From the NCBI GenBank assembly GCA_039811685.1, contig JBDHZC010000001.1:896001-960000 (forward strand): DNA of 64,000 bases. The letters are read 5' to 3'. The translations under genes were made by a program, and so were the position numbers. This DNA comes from Armatimonadota bacterium (GTDB lineage Bacteria > Armatimonadota > UBA5829 > DSUL01). The notes under the pieces were generated by a model. The model was not told the DNA's origin, did no database searches, and was given only the letters and a program-made list of their open reading frames with translations. Below, in pieces: positions 16,159 through 26,074 of this stretch (positions are counted from its first letter, which is position 1; each line of letters begins with the position of its first letter).

Positions 16159-18375
16159 ATGACTTTGGCAACTCTCTCCACCATTCTGACGCTTGGCTGT
16201 CTTCTGGCAGTGACCGGAGCCGCCTCCGCGGCTTCACCGGCGCATTCCTGCCCGGCTAATGCTCACGAAGTGGACTTCTATGTGTCTCTGAATGGAAACG
16301 ACGCGTGGTCCGGTGTCCTCCCAATTCCTAATAAGAAGGGGACAGATGGCCCGTTCAGGACAGTCCGGCGCGCTCAGGAGGCCGCGCGCAAAATGCAGCG
16401 CACAGCAGGCAAACCCGTCCACGTCGCCATTCGTGGCGGCACGTACTTCCTGAGTGAGCCAATTGTCTTCACTCCTGCGGATAGCGGAAGCACAGAAGCG
16501 CCGGTCGTGTACGAGGCGTACGGGCGCGAAAAGCCGGTCTTCAGTGGCGGACAGAAGCTGACAGGCTTCAATGTCCGGAAAGACGGGACTTGGGAGCTTT
16601 TGCTCCCGGAAGTCAAAGATGGGAAATGGAGATTTTCGCAGCTCTTCGTCAACGGAACACGACGCTTCCGGCCCCGCCTGCCAAAACGCGGCTACTACTT
16701 TGCCGTTAACGAGGCTACGCCGTCAGAAAAGACTGAAGGGAAAGGCTTCGATCGCTTTGTGTTCAGATCAGGCGATATCAAGCCGGACTGGCACAATCTG
16801 AAAGATGTTGAGGTGCTGCCGTTCCACTCCTGGACGATGTCGCGCTTTCGAATCCAGGATATTGACACGAGCAAAGACATCGTAACATTCACCGGACAGA
16901 CGGGGCATGCGACATGGTGGCAGGCGATGAAGCAGGGCACGCGTTTTCTGGCGGAAAACGTGAAAGAAGCGCTGGATTTACCTGGAGAGTTCTATCTGGA
17001 TTCTGTGTCCGGTGTACTCACGTATCTGCCGAAGAAGGGCGAGAATCCGGCGACGGCACAGGTTATCGCTCCACGGCTTGAGAAGCTGGTGGAGTTTCGG
17101 GGCGATCCCGAGAACCGCAAATGGGTACAGGGGGTAATCCTGCGCGGGCTGAGCTTTGAGCATACCAACTGGACGTGTCCGCCTGAAGGCTACAGCGGGA
17201 CGCAGGCTGAGGTAAGCCTGGAGTCTGCAATCTCGGGAACAGGCGCCCGAGACTGTGCGCTGATAGCCTGCAGAGTGCAGCATACGGGCGCTTGGGGCGT
17301 GGAATGGGGCGCGGGCTGTAAGCGCAACAGGCTGGACGATTGTGAGCTGACAGATATTGGCGCGGGCGGTGTGAAAATCGGGCTGACGGGCGTCGTAGAT
17401 GATCAGGAAGTAATGGCCACCCACAACATCGTCCGCAACTGTCTGCTGGCGCATGGCGGGCGCATTCACAACGCGGGTGTGGGCGTGTGGATCGGGCACT
17501 CTCCCTACAACCTCATCTCACACAACGACATCTACGACTTCTACTACACGGGAATCTCGTGCGGATGGTCATGGGGTTACGGAAACAGCCAGGCCAATCA
17601 CAACGTGCTGGAGTACAACCACATTCACGACATCGGACAGTTTGTCCTCAGCGATATGGGTGGGATTTACACATTGGGCGTTGCGCCAGGCAGCATCGAG
17701 CGCGGGAATGTCATTCACGACGTAAACTCCTTCGCCTACGGTGGGTGGGGCATCTATTTTGACGAAGGCTCTACAGACTGGCTGGCGGAGAACAATCTCG
17801 TCTATCGCTGCAAGACTGGCGCTTTTCACCAGCACTATGGGAAGGACAACCGCGTAATCAACAATATCCTGGCGCTTGCCCCTCAGGACGGGCAGCTTAT
17901 ACGCACCCGCGCAGAAGACCACATCTCCTTCATCATTGAGCGCAATATCATCTACTGGAAGGATGCGCCGCTGCTCGGGAGCAACTGGACGGAGAACAAC
18001 AACTACAAGCTGGACTACAACCTTTACTGGCGCACGGATGGCAAACCTGTTGAGTTTGCAGGGATGTCGATGGACGAGTGGCGCAAGCGCGGGCAGGATA
18101 TCCACAGCCTGGTTGCGGACCCGCTATTTGTGGCCCCGGAAAGGGGTGACTTCCATCTGAAAACCGGTTCGCCGGCGTCGCGAATCGGGTTCAAAATGTG
18201 GGACTACACTCAGGCGGGGCGGCCTGGCAGCGACTGGAGCAAGCAGAAGATCGCACTCCCGCGCGCCTATCCCCTGCCCCAGCCCGAACCAGTGCCACCG
18301 ACTTCTCTACAGACAGACAACTCCCCGTCTGACAGAAAGACTGCGCAGATCAAAGGGCGCCAGAAAGCAATATGA
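16159..18375 (+). CDS. Secreted right-handed beta-helix glycoside hydrolase-like protein (GH141-like)
   Basis: Signal peptide; FYVS..GNDAWSG, DGPFRT, RGGTY, QLFVNG, LDLPGEFY, SDMGGIY, GIYFDEGS, ADPLFV...GDFHL. Confidence 0.85.
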   Translation: MTLATLSTILTLGCLLAVTGAASAASPAHSCPANAHEVDFYVSLNGNDAWSGVLPIPNKKGTDGPFRTVRRAQEAARKMQRTAGKPVHVAIRGGTYFLSEPIVFTPADSGSTEAPVVYEAYGREKPVFSGGQKLTGFNVRKDGTWELLLPEVKDGKWRFSQLFVNGTRRFRPRLPKRGYYFAVNEATPSEKTEGKGFDRFVFRSGDIKPDWHNLKDVEVLPFHSWTMSRFRIQDIDTSKDIVTFTGQTGHATWWQAMKQGTRFLAENVKEALDLPGEFYLDSVSGVLTYLPKKGENPATAQVIAPRLEKLVEFRGDPENRKWVQGVILRGLSFEHTNWTCPPEGYSGTQAEVSLESAISGTGARDCALIACRVQHTGAWGVEWGAGCKRNRLDDCELTDIGAGGVKIGLTGVVDDQEVMATHNIVRNCLLAHGGRIHNAGVGVWIGHSPYNLISHNDIYDFYYTGISCGWSWGYGNSQANHNVLEYNHIHDIGQFVLSDMGGIYTLGVAPGSIERGNVIHDVNSFAYGGWGIYFDEGSTDWLAENNLVYRCKTGAFHQHYGKDNRVINNILALAPQDGQLIRTRAEDHISFIIERNIIYWKDAPLLGSNWTENNNYKLDYNLYWRTDGKPVEFAGMSMDEWRKRGQDIHSLVADPLFVAPERGDFHLKTGSPASRIGFKMWDYTQAGRPGSDWSKQKIALPRAYPLPQPEPVPPTSLQTDNSPSDRKTAQIKGRQKAI

Positions 18376-18409
18376 CCTCAACAGAAACGGGCGAGGCCGT
18401 GAAGGAGAA

Positions 18410-20584
18410 ATGTTCGTGAGACTACTTATATGTCCAGTTCTGACTGCGCTGACAATCGCCGGGTTGGCGCTCTCTTGCAGCGCACAAACACAAAATCCTA
18501 TGCCAAGAGACTTTCCCACATTTCAAGTTCCTGGATTTGAGCAGGACATGCAGACGCTTCGCGACCTCTTCTGGCTGCACTATCCCGGCGCTGGACCCAA
18601 AGCGACAATATGGGATGAGTGGCTTCCCATGCCCAGCCTGTGGCCTGCCGTGGAGAGCGACGGCACAAAGGAACAGATGCGTCAACAGTGGCGCAGCACG
18701 CTTCTCGGACGAATCATCGACGCGGAAGGCTACGTCGCGACGCATCAGCATCAATCTATTGCTCATCAGCTTGGCTGGCCGTTCCCGTTCTGGAATAACG
18801 GATCGCACACGATGGGATGGCACTTCTCGTTCAAGAATACCGTAGGCCCGCCCTGGCGTCAAGGAGAGTTGAATACGACCGACGGCTGGTCGTTGAAAGG
18901 AGCGACCGATGCAGGTATGACGGATGACGGGTGGGCATTGAAACTGACTGATGAGCGCGCGATTGTCACAACGCCAGAACACGACATCGACACTTTTCAG
19001 TCGCCATTCCTGCAGATTCGATGGAAGGCCGACGGGCTCGCAATGACACAGCCGTACGTGGAGTGGCGGGCTAAAGACGAGCCCTTCAGTCCTCAGCGCC
19101 GCGTCTACTTCGACCCCGCCGGTTCAGATATTGTGTACACGATGATTCCAATGGACAGGCATCCACTCTGGCGCGGTCACATTCAGCAGTTGCGCATCGG
19201 ATTTGGAAACACAGCTCCAGCTTCCGCGACAATCCAGGCGTTCTTTACGCAGTTTGACAGCCGTCAGAACATTAACAATCAGGTGTTTGTAATGGGCAGC
19301 GCGGAGTATTTCCGCTGGACCGGCGACCTGTCTTTCCTGCGCGCGAACATCAACCGGATGCGCACCGCTATCCAGTATTTGATGACCGATCAGCACGGTC
19401 TTGAAAAGAGTGCCATCTACACGGACTGGCGCGGACACAACGGCGTCAGCGGAGCTGAGCGCAAGGCCGATGGCTCAAAGGTGATTCACGCGGGCGTCGG
19501 CATCGGCAACAACTATTGGGACCTGATGCCCTTCGGTGCTCTGGACGCCTATGCCACCATCCGCTACTATGTCGCGCTCAAGGATCTGGCACAGCTTGAG
19601 AGAGCGATTGCCGCCAATCCAGCGTGGAACATCCCCCCGAGCCAGTATGGATATACCGCTGAGTTTCTGGAAAAGCACGCTGAAAAGGTAAAGGCCCACG
19701 GCAACCGCGTGTTCTGGAACAGCGAGACCGGGCGCTTTGTGGCCTGCATTGACGAAGAAGGCAAAGCGCACGACTATGGCTTCACGTTCCTGAATCTCGA
19801 ATCCATATACTACGGGTTCGCGACTCCTGCGCACGCAAAACAGATACTGGCGTGGGTGGAGGGGAAGCGAGTTGTCAAGGGAGACACATCAACTGGACCC
19901 GACATCTATCACTGGCGATTCGGCCCCCGATCTACAACAAAGCGCAACATTGACTGGTACTTCTGGGCATGGAGCGCACCGGAAACAATCCCGTTTGGAG
20001 GGCAGGTGCAGGACGGAGGCGCAGTGCTTGGATGGAGTTACTACGATTTGATGTCCCGCGCATTCATCAGTGGCCCAGACAACGCATGTGGACGCCTGCA
20101 GGAGATAGCAGCCTGGTTCCGAGAGGTGCAGGCGGCAGGCGGTTATCGGGCGTACTACAAAGACGGTAGAGACGGCGGAACTCTGCAGGGTAACAACACC
20201 GCCGGCGGTTTGGGAATGGACGCAGAGTTCTTTGAGAGTGTACTCGTTCCTCAGGTCCTCCTGCGAGGTTTTCTGGGCTTCAAGGCAGGGGTGGATGGAT
20301 TTTCAGTAAATCCACTCTTGCCATCGAGCTGGCCAGAGCTGCGCGTTGACCGAATCGCCTTCCGCGACCTGGTACTGTGCGTCACTGCAAGACCGGATGA
20401 GATCCAGATTGACAGGGAGTCTGGACTTATGGATGATCCCTGCACAATTTATCTCCCAAAGGGCAACTGGACGCCGGCGGTGAGCGGGCGCGCAGTGAGG
20501 CCAAAACAGCTGGGCGAGCAGGCATGGAGTGTCGACTGGCATGGACTGGACACCGTCACGTTTAGAAAAGGGAGTGCGAATTAA
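18410..20584 (+). CDS. Secreted putative (alpha/alpha)6-barrel glycoside hydrolase-like protein
   Basis: Signal peptide; YFRWTGDLSFLR, NYWD, FWNSETGRF, GFLGF...VNPLLPSSW as in six-hairpin glycosidases; internal CBM-like beta insert (W.G.I.QLR). Confidence 0.65.
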   Translation: MFVRLLICPVLTALTIAGLALSCSAQTQNPMPRDFPTFQVPGFEQDMQTLRDLFWLHYPGAGPKATIWDEWLPMPSLWPAVESDGTKEQMRQQWRSTLLGRIIDAEGYVATHQHQSIAHQLGWPFPFWNNGSHTMGWHFSFKNTVGPPWRQGELNTTDGWSLKGATDAGMTDDGWALKLTDERAIVTTPEHDIDTFQSPFLQIRWKADGLAMTQPYVEWRAKDEPFSPQRRVYFDPAGSDIVYTMIPMDRHPLWRGHIQQLRIGFGNTAPASATIQAFFTQFDSRQNINNQVFVMGSAEYFRWTGDLSFLRANINRMRTAIQYLMTDQHGLEKSAIYTDWRGHNGVSGAERKADGSKVIHAGVGIGNNYWDLMPFGALDAYATIRYYVALKDLAQLERAIAANPAWNIPPSQYGYTAEFLEKHAEKVKAHGNRVFWNSETGRFVACIDEEGKAHDYGFTFLNLESIYYGFATPAHAKQILAWVEGKRVVKGDTSTGPDIYHWRFGPRSTTKRNIDWYFWAWSAPETIPFGGQVQDGGAVLGWSYYDLMSRAFISGPDNACGRLQEIAAWFREVQAAGGYRAYYKDGRDGGTLQGNNTAGGLGMDAEFFESVLVPQVLLRGFLGFKAGVDGFSVNPLLPSSWPELRVDRIAFRDLVLCVTARPDEIQIDRESGLMDDPCTIYLPKGNWTPAVSGRAVRPKQLGEQAWSVDWHGLDTVTFRKGSAN

Positions 20585-20907
20585 TGCAGCGCATTGGTCT
20601 GTTGCTGAAAATCAAACCAGACAAACTTCAGGACTATCTCGAAATTCACAAGAACGTGTGGCCAGAGCTGCTCACTGAGCTGAAGAAAGCCGGCATGCGC
20701 AACTACAGCCTGTGGCTGGCGCCGGGCGGACTGGAGTTTGGTTACCTGGAGTGTGACGACTGGCAGAAGGTGTGTGAGTACCTGGCGGACTCAAAAGTGC
20801 ACGATAAGTGGCAGGAGTACATGCAGAACTACCTGGACAGCCCGACCGATGAAGGCCAGGGCGGCCAACCCGTGCAGCTTCTCGAAATGACATTCCTGAT
20901 GGAGTAG
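20584..20907 (+). CDS. rhaM: L-rhamnose mutarotase
   Basis: Y..IH.NVWPE, GMRNYSL, KWQEYM; TAATG coupling to the upstream gene. Confidence 0.88.
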   Translation: MQRIGLLLKIKPDKLQDYLEIHKNVWPELLTELKKAGMRNYSLWLAPGGLEFGYLECDDWQKVCEYLADSKVHDKWQEYMQNYLDSPTDEGQGGQPVQLLEMTFLME

Positions 20908-20910
20908 CCT

Positions 20911-21600
20911 TTGAAACTCTGGGGACATTTTGAAAGACTGCGTCCTGCGCAGATTGACAGGATTAAGAATGCGGCTCCCATCGTTTATGTACCCTGGGGC
21001 GCGATTGAGTGGCACTCCTACCACAATCCAGTCGGGCTGGATGGACTGAAGGCGCACGCGCTGTGTGAGCACCTGGCGCAGGCAACCGGAGGTCTGGTGC
21101 TGCCGGTTTTCTGGGTGGCTACAGACACAATCAAACCGTTCAAAGGATTTGGTCATACGCTGAACTTCAGCGAAGAGACTCTGGGTGCGGTAACCAAAGA
21201 GCTGCTGGAGCAGCTTGCAGATGAGGGCTTCCGGGTTATCGTACTGTTGACCGGACACTACGGAGCCGCCCATGGACAGGTCATATCGGAGGTCACGCAG
21301 AGCTTCGCCTCAGAACACCCGGAGTTGAGTGTTTGGGCGCTGGCAGACTATATGGCGCTGGAAGGGTGCTCCCCGCCCAACCACGCGGCGCGCGGTGAGA
21401 CGTCGCTTATGATGCTTTTTGACCGAGAACTGGTAGACCTGGACGCAGTACCTGAGGGCGAGGCGCCTACGCTGGACGGCCATGGCGTGGCGGGCGAAGA
21501 CCCGCGACTCTCTACTGTGGAGTATGGCGCAAGACAGCTCGACTGGCTCGTGCGGAAGTGCTCCGAGCAAATAACCAGAATGCTTGAGGACAAGGGCTGA
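20911..21600 (+). CDS. Creatininase/MftE-family amidohydrolase
   Basis: PWGAIEWH..H.P.GLD, LTGHYG, HAA.GETS metal-binding motifs. Confidence 0.9.
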   Translation: MKLWGHFERLRPAQIDRIKNAAPIVYVPWGAIEWHSYHNPVGLDGLKAHALCEHLAQATGGLVLPVFWVATDTIKPFKGFGHTLNFSEETLGAVTKELLEQLADEGFRVIVLLTGHYGAAHGQVISEVTQSFASEHPELSVWALADYMALEGCSPPNHAARGETSLMMLFDRELVDLDAVPEGEAPTLDGHGVAGEDPRLSTVEYGARQLDWLVRKCSEQITRMLEDKG

Positions 21601-21603
21601 GCG

Positions 21604-22968
21604 ATGGCAGAGTTGGTAGTTCACAGTCCGCTTCCGGATCAGGTTATTCAGCGCACCGGCAACTCTGGCAATATTTGCGTGCGCGTTCAAAGTGAGTCAA
21701 GTGTCACAGCGAGGCTGCTCGACCGAAAGGGCCAGGAAGTCGCCGAAGCTCACAATCACTCTGGGACCTGTGAGTTTACAATAGAGGATGTCCCGGTTGG
21801 CGGTCCTTACACGCTCGATGTGTCATCGGCCAAGGCGCGCGTCAGAGTCCGCGGAATTCTGGTCGGTGACCTGTGGGCTTTGGCCGGGCAGTCGAACATG
21901 GACGGGTGCGGCAAAATGCGCGAGCTGGAGCCACCTTGCGAACACGTTCATGCGCTCTTCTATAACGAGACGTGGGGAATAGCACGGGATCCGCTGTGTC
22001 ATCTGCGTGAATCCATTCACCCTGTCCACTATCAGGAAGAAGACTCTGTGGAGCGCGAGCGTCTGGCTCGGGAGTTTCGCGAGTTCTTGCCATACGGGGC
22101 GGGGCTTGGCGTACGCTTTGGAAAGGATTTGTTCAAGGCAACAGGCGTACCCGTGGGACTGGTGGTTTGTTCGCACGGTGGAACATCAATGGCGCAGTGG
22201 GACCCGAAACTCAAAAGCGAAGGGGGCAGATCGTTATACGGAGCGATGATGTTAAGGCTTCAGAGCGCGGGCGGGAAAATAGCCGGATGCCTGTGGTACC
22301 AGGGAGAATCCGACGCACTGGCTGGTGTCGAGATCGCTAACGGTTACAGGGAAAACTTCAAAGAACTGATCGTAACCCTGCGCAAAGACATGCATCAGCC
22401 GGATCTGCCGTTCATCTACGCTCAGCTCGCGAATTTTTTCACGTTTGAAGAGCCTGCGACATTTGACGGATGGAACGCTGTGCGCAGGGCGCAACTTGAG
22501 ATCGAAGGTGAGCTCCGGAATGTGGCAATGGTCGCGAATATTGACGCGACGCTCTCGGATGCGATCCACGCCGATGCCCTCTCCCAAAGGAGGCTTGGCG
22601 CAAGGATGGCGCTGGCAGCGCGCCGGCTGCTCCTTGGGGAAAACAACTTCACATTGGGTCCGAGACCTCTTGGTGCGCAGATCGTTGGACCCCGCAGTAT
22701 TAGAGTGGACTTTGCGCAGGTTAACGGCAAACTTCATCCGGCGAAAGGGATGCAGGGCTTCATTATCCGTAACGAAGAGCGCCCGGTGGTTGTCACCTCC
22801 GCCTGCCGCCATCCGGACAAGCCATCCAGTGTTCTACTAACGACTGCAGAGGCTCCTGAGGCGGGATGGGTGCTTGGATACGGCCTCGGAACAAATCCCA
22901 ACGTCAACGTAAGAGATTCCAGAGGATTCCCGGCTCCCATGTTCGGACTTATTGACGTCTCAACCTGA
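21604..22968 (+). CDS. Sialate O-acetylesterase-like (SASA/SGNH) carbohydrate esterase
   Basis: VGDLW.LAGQSNM, HGGTS, LWYQGESD, DAIH. Confidence 0.9.
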   Translation: MAELVVHSPLPDQVIQRTGNSGNICVRVQSESSVTARLLDRKGQEVAEAHNHSGTCEFTIEDVPVGGPYTLDVSSAKARVRVRGILVGDLWALAGQSNMDGCGKMRELEPPCEHVHALFYNETWGIARDPLCHLRESIHPVHYQEEDSVERERLAREFREFLPYGAGLGVRFGKDLFKATGVPVGLVVCSHGGTSMAQWDPKLKSEGGRSLYGAMMLRLQSAGGKIAGCLWYQGESDALAGVEIANGYRENFKELIVTLRKDMHQPDLPFIYAQLANFFTFEEPATFDGWNAVRRAQLEIEGELRNVAMVANIDATLSDAIHADALSQRRLGARMALAARRLLLGENNFTLGPRPLGAQIVGPRSIRVDFAQVNGKLHPAKGMQGFIIRNEERPVVVTSACRHPDKPSSVLLTTAEAPEAGWVLGYGLGTNPNVNVRDSRGFPAPMFGLIDVST

Positions 22969-22996
22969 ACAAAAGCGTGTGCAGCGCTTATCTGGT

Positions 22997-23027
22997 AGCC
23001 GTCGTATCTGCGGCGGCTCTTTGTTTT
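22997..23027 (+). terminator. Intrinsic terminator of the glycan-catabolism operon
   Basis: AGCCGTCG-TATCTG-CGGCGGCT stem followed by CTTTGTTTT. Confidence 0.7.
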
Positions 23028-23208
23028 CCTGCTGCACCTGACACCGCAGATAACCCGGGAAGTTCTAGAGCTACGACCCGAAGTTTGCGACGAAGTCTCT
23101 TTGGCAAATCTCAACGATTCCGATCAGGCCAAAGGGGATCGTTCGGAGTATAATGACCCACAAGCAAGGTAGAGAGAGGAGACTACCTGGCTGGAGAGGA
23201 GACTAACC

Positions 23209-23634
23209 ATGACAAGCGATGCAGACGCCAGCACCGGAGGCCTGAGAGGCGCAACAACAGGTACAGATGAGCGGCCGGCTCAACAGTTGGCAGAGCCCGT
23301 GATGCACTTTGACCTGTCTCACGAATCGCAGAGCTTACAGGCAGAGCCGCCAATGGAGCGTTCCGGGCACAACGCTAACACTCTCGTACATTTTCCCGAC
23401 CTGCGCGTGGTGCTGGTGAGCGTCCGGAAGGGGCAGGCACTGCGCGACCACCGGGCTCCGGGACGAATCTCTATTCAACCGCTCCAGGGACAGATCAGAG
23501 TCCACACTCAGGAGCGGACTGTGGAGATGAAGAGTGGAGAACTGCTGGTGCTGGATAAGGCCGTGCGGCACGAAGTTGAAGCAGTGGAAGATGCTGTTTT
23601 TCTGCTGACACTGGGCGCGCCAACGGCTGATTGA
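23209..23634 (+). CDS. Cupin-domain protein
   Basis: H.APG.ISIQ.L.G and L.LD..VRHEVEA.ED cupin motifs; GAGGAG RBS; TATAAT at 23149-23154. Confidence 0.88.
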   Translation: MTSDADASTGGLRGATTGTDERPAQQLAEPVMHFDLSHESQSLQAEPPMERSGHNANTLVHFPDLRVVLVSVRKGQALRDHRAPGRISIQPLQGQIRVHTQERTVEMKSGELLVLDKAVRHEVEAVEDAVFLLTLGAPTAD

Positions 23635-23642
23635 AGGCCAAA

Positions 23643-24467
23643 TTAGCTTTCTGATGCCCTGACAGATTCGTTCAAGGGCCTTTCAAGCGGGACATCCACG
23701 CAGATCAATGCGCTGGCGTCCACTCCGTACGGACCCTGAGCCAGGATTCTACCGTCTGCTCCGACAGCCAAAGAGCATCCGATGCACTTCCAGCCCTGCC
23801 ATGCGCCGGAAAGGACAGGGCCAACATTGCTGACGCCTACAGTAGCTACTCCTGCGCGTCTTGCCAGCTCAGTATAAGCGCCACGCCAGAGATCCCCGTA
23901 CGGATTCCGTTCATTGTCGTGATCCGGTGGAACAGCCCAGGCGCTGGGTGACAGCAGGAGTTGTGCGCCGATCCGTGCCTGGGATATGCCTAGCTCAAGT
24001 GAGTCTGGGAAATTGTCCGCGCAGATGTTCAGGCCAAATGCGCCATCTGGCGTGCGCGCGACTCCCAGCGAATCACCAACTGTGTAAAGACCCAGGGCAA
24101 TACTCAACTCATTAATCTTCCGGTGTTTCAGGAGGATGTCTCCTGATGGTGAGAAGAGTACCGCCGCGTTGTACAGATGTGCGCCATCGCGCTCGACGAG
24201 TCCAGCGGCCACGTATATGCCCGCGGCCCGGGCTGCCTCAGACAGAATCTCAGCATGATTCCCCGGAATCGGACAAGCGCGCTCTCTTGCGGAATCGTCC
24301 ATCCAGCCAAAGTCCAGGCATTCTGGAAGCACAACGACGCGGCAGCCTCGCTCTGCCGCCTGTTTGATCATTTCTTCGGCGCGAGACAGATTTGTCCCGG
24401 GGTTTCCGGGCTCAACCAGCATCTGCGCCATGGCGACTTTCAGTGTAGAATCCGGCATCCGTTTCAT
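23643..24467 (-). CDS. Carbon-nitrogen hydrolase (nitrilase superfamily)
   Basis: Catalytic triad E (LPEC), K (HRKINE), C (NICAD); ATGA overlap with the upstream gene. Confidence 0.93.
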   Translation of the reverse strand: MKRMPDSTLKVAMAQMLVEPGNPGTNLSRAEEMIKQAAERGCRVVVLPECLDFGWMDDSARERACPIPGNHAEILSEAARAAGIYVAAGLVERDGAHLYNAAVLFSPSGDILLKHRKINELSIALGLYTVGDSLGVARTPDGAFGLNICADNFPDSLELGISQARIGAQLLLSPSAWAVPPDHDNERNPYGDLWRGAYTELARRAGVATVGVSNVGPVLSGAWQGWKCIGCSLAVGADGRILAQGPYGVDASALICVDVPLERPLNESVRASES

Positions 24468-25933
24468 CCCTTGAAAAGCGTTCCGAACAGTCCCCGAACG
24501 AGCTGCCTGCCGAAACTTCCGCCAAGCTGCGTTCCGATGGAGCGGATCGCCGCGTTGAGCAGAATCTCTTGTGGTCCCTGCCGCTGGCGACCAGACGCGC
24601 GGCGGGGTGAATCGGAGGGGCGGTTGAGGGCTTCACTTTGGAGCTGCGCAGGTTGTTGGACCCGCGAAATCAGACGTTCATAGGCAGACTCCCTGTCCAT
24701 TGTCTGGTCGTAGACTCCCGACACTGGACTCTGGGCAAACACACTCTGGCGCACGGACGGATCAGCCGGACCAATCCTTGAAGAAGGGGGTCGCACCAGT
24801 GTGCGCTGGACTATTCCCGGAGACCCCTGGTCATCCAGCATGCTCGCGAGAGCTTCTCCAACGCCAAGCTCAGTGATCACATCCTGAATAGATAGACTAG
24901 GATTTTCCCGAAAAGTTTCTGCAGCCGCTTTCACTGCTCTCTGGTCTTTTGGAGTGAACGCTCGCAGCGCGTGCTGGATTCGGTTGCCCAGTTGACCCAG
25001 AACGGCATCGGGGATATCCAGGGGATTCTGGCTGATAAAATAGACTCCCACTCCCTTGGAGCGTACCAGCCTCACAACCTGTTCAACCTTGCTCACGAGG
25101 GCCTTTGGCGCATCGTCAAACAGCAGATGGGCTTCGTCGAAGAAAAACACGAGCTTGGGCTGATCCAGATCGCCCACTTCCGGAAGCTGCTCAAAGAGCT
25201 CAGATAGCAACCACAGCAGGAAGGTGCTGTACAGCCGTGGACGTTGCATGAGCCTGTCGGCAGCCAGAACGCTGACGTATCCACGACCGTTCAAATCACG
25301 GCGCATCAGGTCACTTAGACGCAGGGCCGGTTCACCGAAAAACTGGTCCGCTCCCTGTTGCTCCAACACCAGGAGCTGGCGCTGTATCGATCCTACGGAT
25401 GCAGAACTGACGTTTCCATATTGTTGCGTGAGAGTTTTCGCGTTGTCTGCGACATGCTGCAACATGGCCCGCAGGTCTTTCATGTCGAGCAACAGCAACC
25501 CCTCGTCATCAGCCACCTTGAAAGTGAGATTCAGGACGCCTTCCTGGGTATCGTTCAACTCCAGAAGCCGGGCCAGAAGCACGGGTCCCATGTCCGAGAC
25601 AGTAGCCCGAACGGGATGTCCCTGCTCACCAAACAGATCCCAGAAGATGACAGGGCACGCAGAATTGGTATAGTCCGTCAGGCCAATCTGCCTGGCGCGC
25701 TCGAGGAGCTTTGGCTTGGGTTCCCCGGACTGACACAGACCGCTCAAGTCTCCTTTGACGTCTGCGAGAAACACCGGGACGCCACGCTGTGAGAAGCCTT
25801 CCGCCAACACCTGAAGGCTGATAGTTTTGCCTGTGCCCGTGGCTCCCGCGATCAGACCGTGACGATTCCCTTTGCTGAGTAACAGGAAGACAGGGGCTTC
25901 TCCCTGCCCAACAAAAATACTGTTGTCATTCAT
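24464..25933 (-). CDS. DUF853 HerA/FtsK-like ATPase (YjgR family)
   Basis: NRHGLIAGATGTGKT, DVKGDLSG, FFDEAHLLF, RSKGVG, QHALRAFTP. Confidence 0.93.
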   Translation of the reverse strand: MNDNSIFVGQGEAPVFLLLSKGNRHGLIAGATGTGKTISLQVLAEGFSQRGVPVFLADVKGDLSGLCQSGEPKPKLLERARQIGLTDYTNSACPVIFWDLFGEQGHPVRATVSDMGPVLLARLLELNDTQEGVLNLTFKVADDEGLLLLDMKDLRAMLQHVADNAKTLTQQYGNVSSASVGSIQRQLLVLEQQGADQFFGEPALRLSDLMRRDLNGRGYVSVLAADRLMQRPRLYSTFLLWLLSELFEQLPEVGDLDQPKLVFFFDEAHLLFDDAPKALVSKVEQVVRLVRSKGVGVYFISQNPLDIPDAVLGQLGNRIQHALRAFTPKDQRAVKAAAETFRENPSLSIQDVITELGVGEALASMLDDQGSPGIVQRTLVRPPSSRIGPADPSVRQSVFAQSPVSGVYDQTMDRESAYERLISRVQQPAQLQSEALNRPSDSPRRASGRQRQGPQEILLNAAIRSIGTQLGGSFGRQLVRGLFGTLFKG

Positions 25934-26074
25934 TGTGCTGTCCTTGACCGTCACTCGCTTGCGTAAAGCGAGCAATCATGGGATTGTATATGGACAAGCA
26001 GACCGCCGTCCAATGGCGTCAGCAAATGTGGCCACTCGCAATGATGCCAGTTCTCATTGAAGGGATCGATAACT

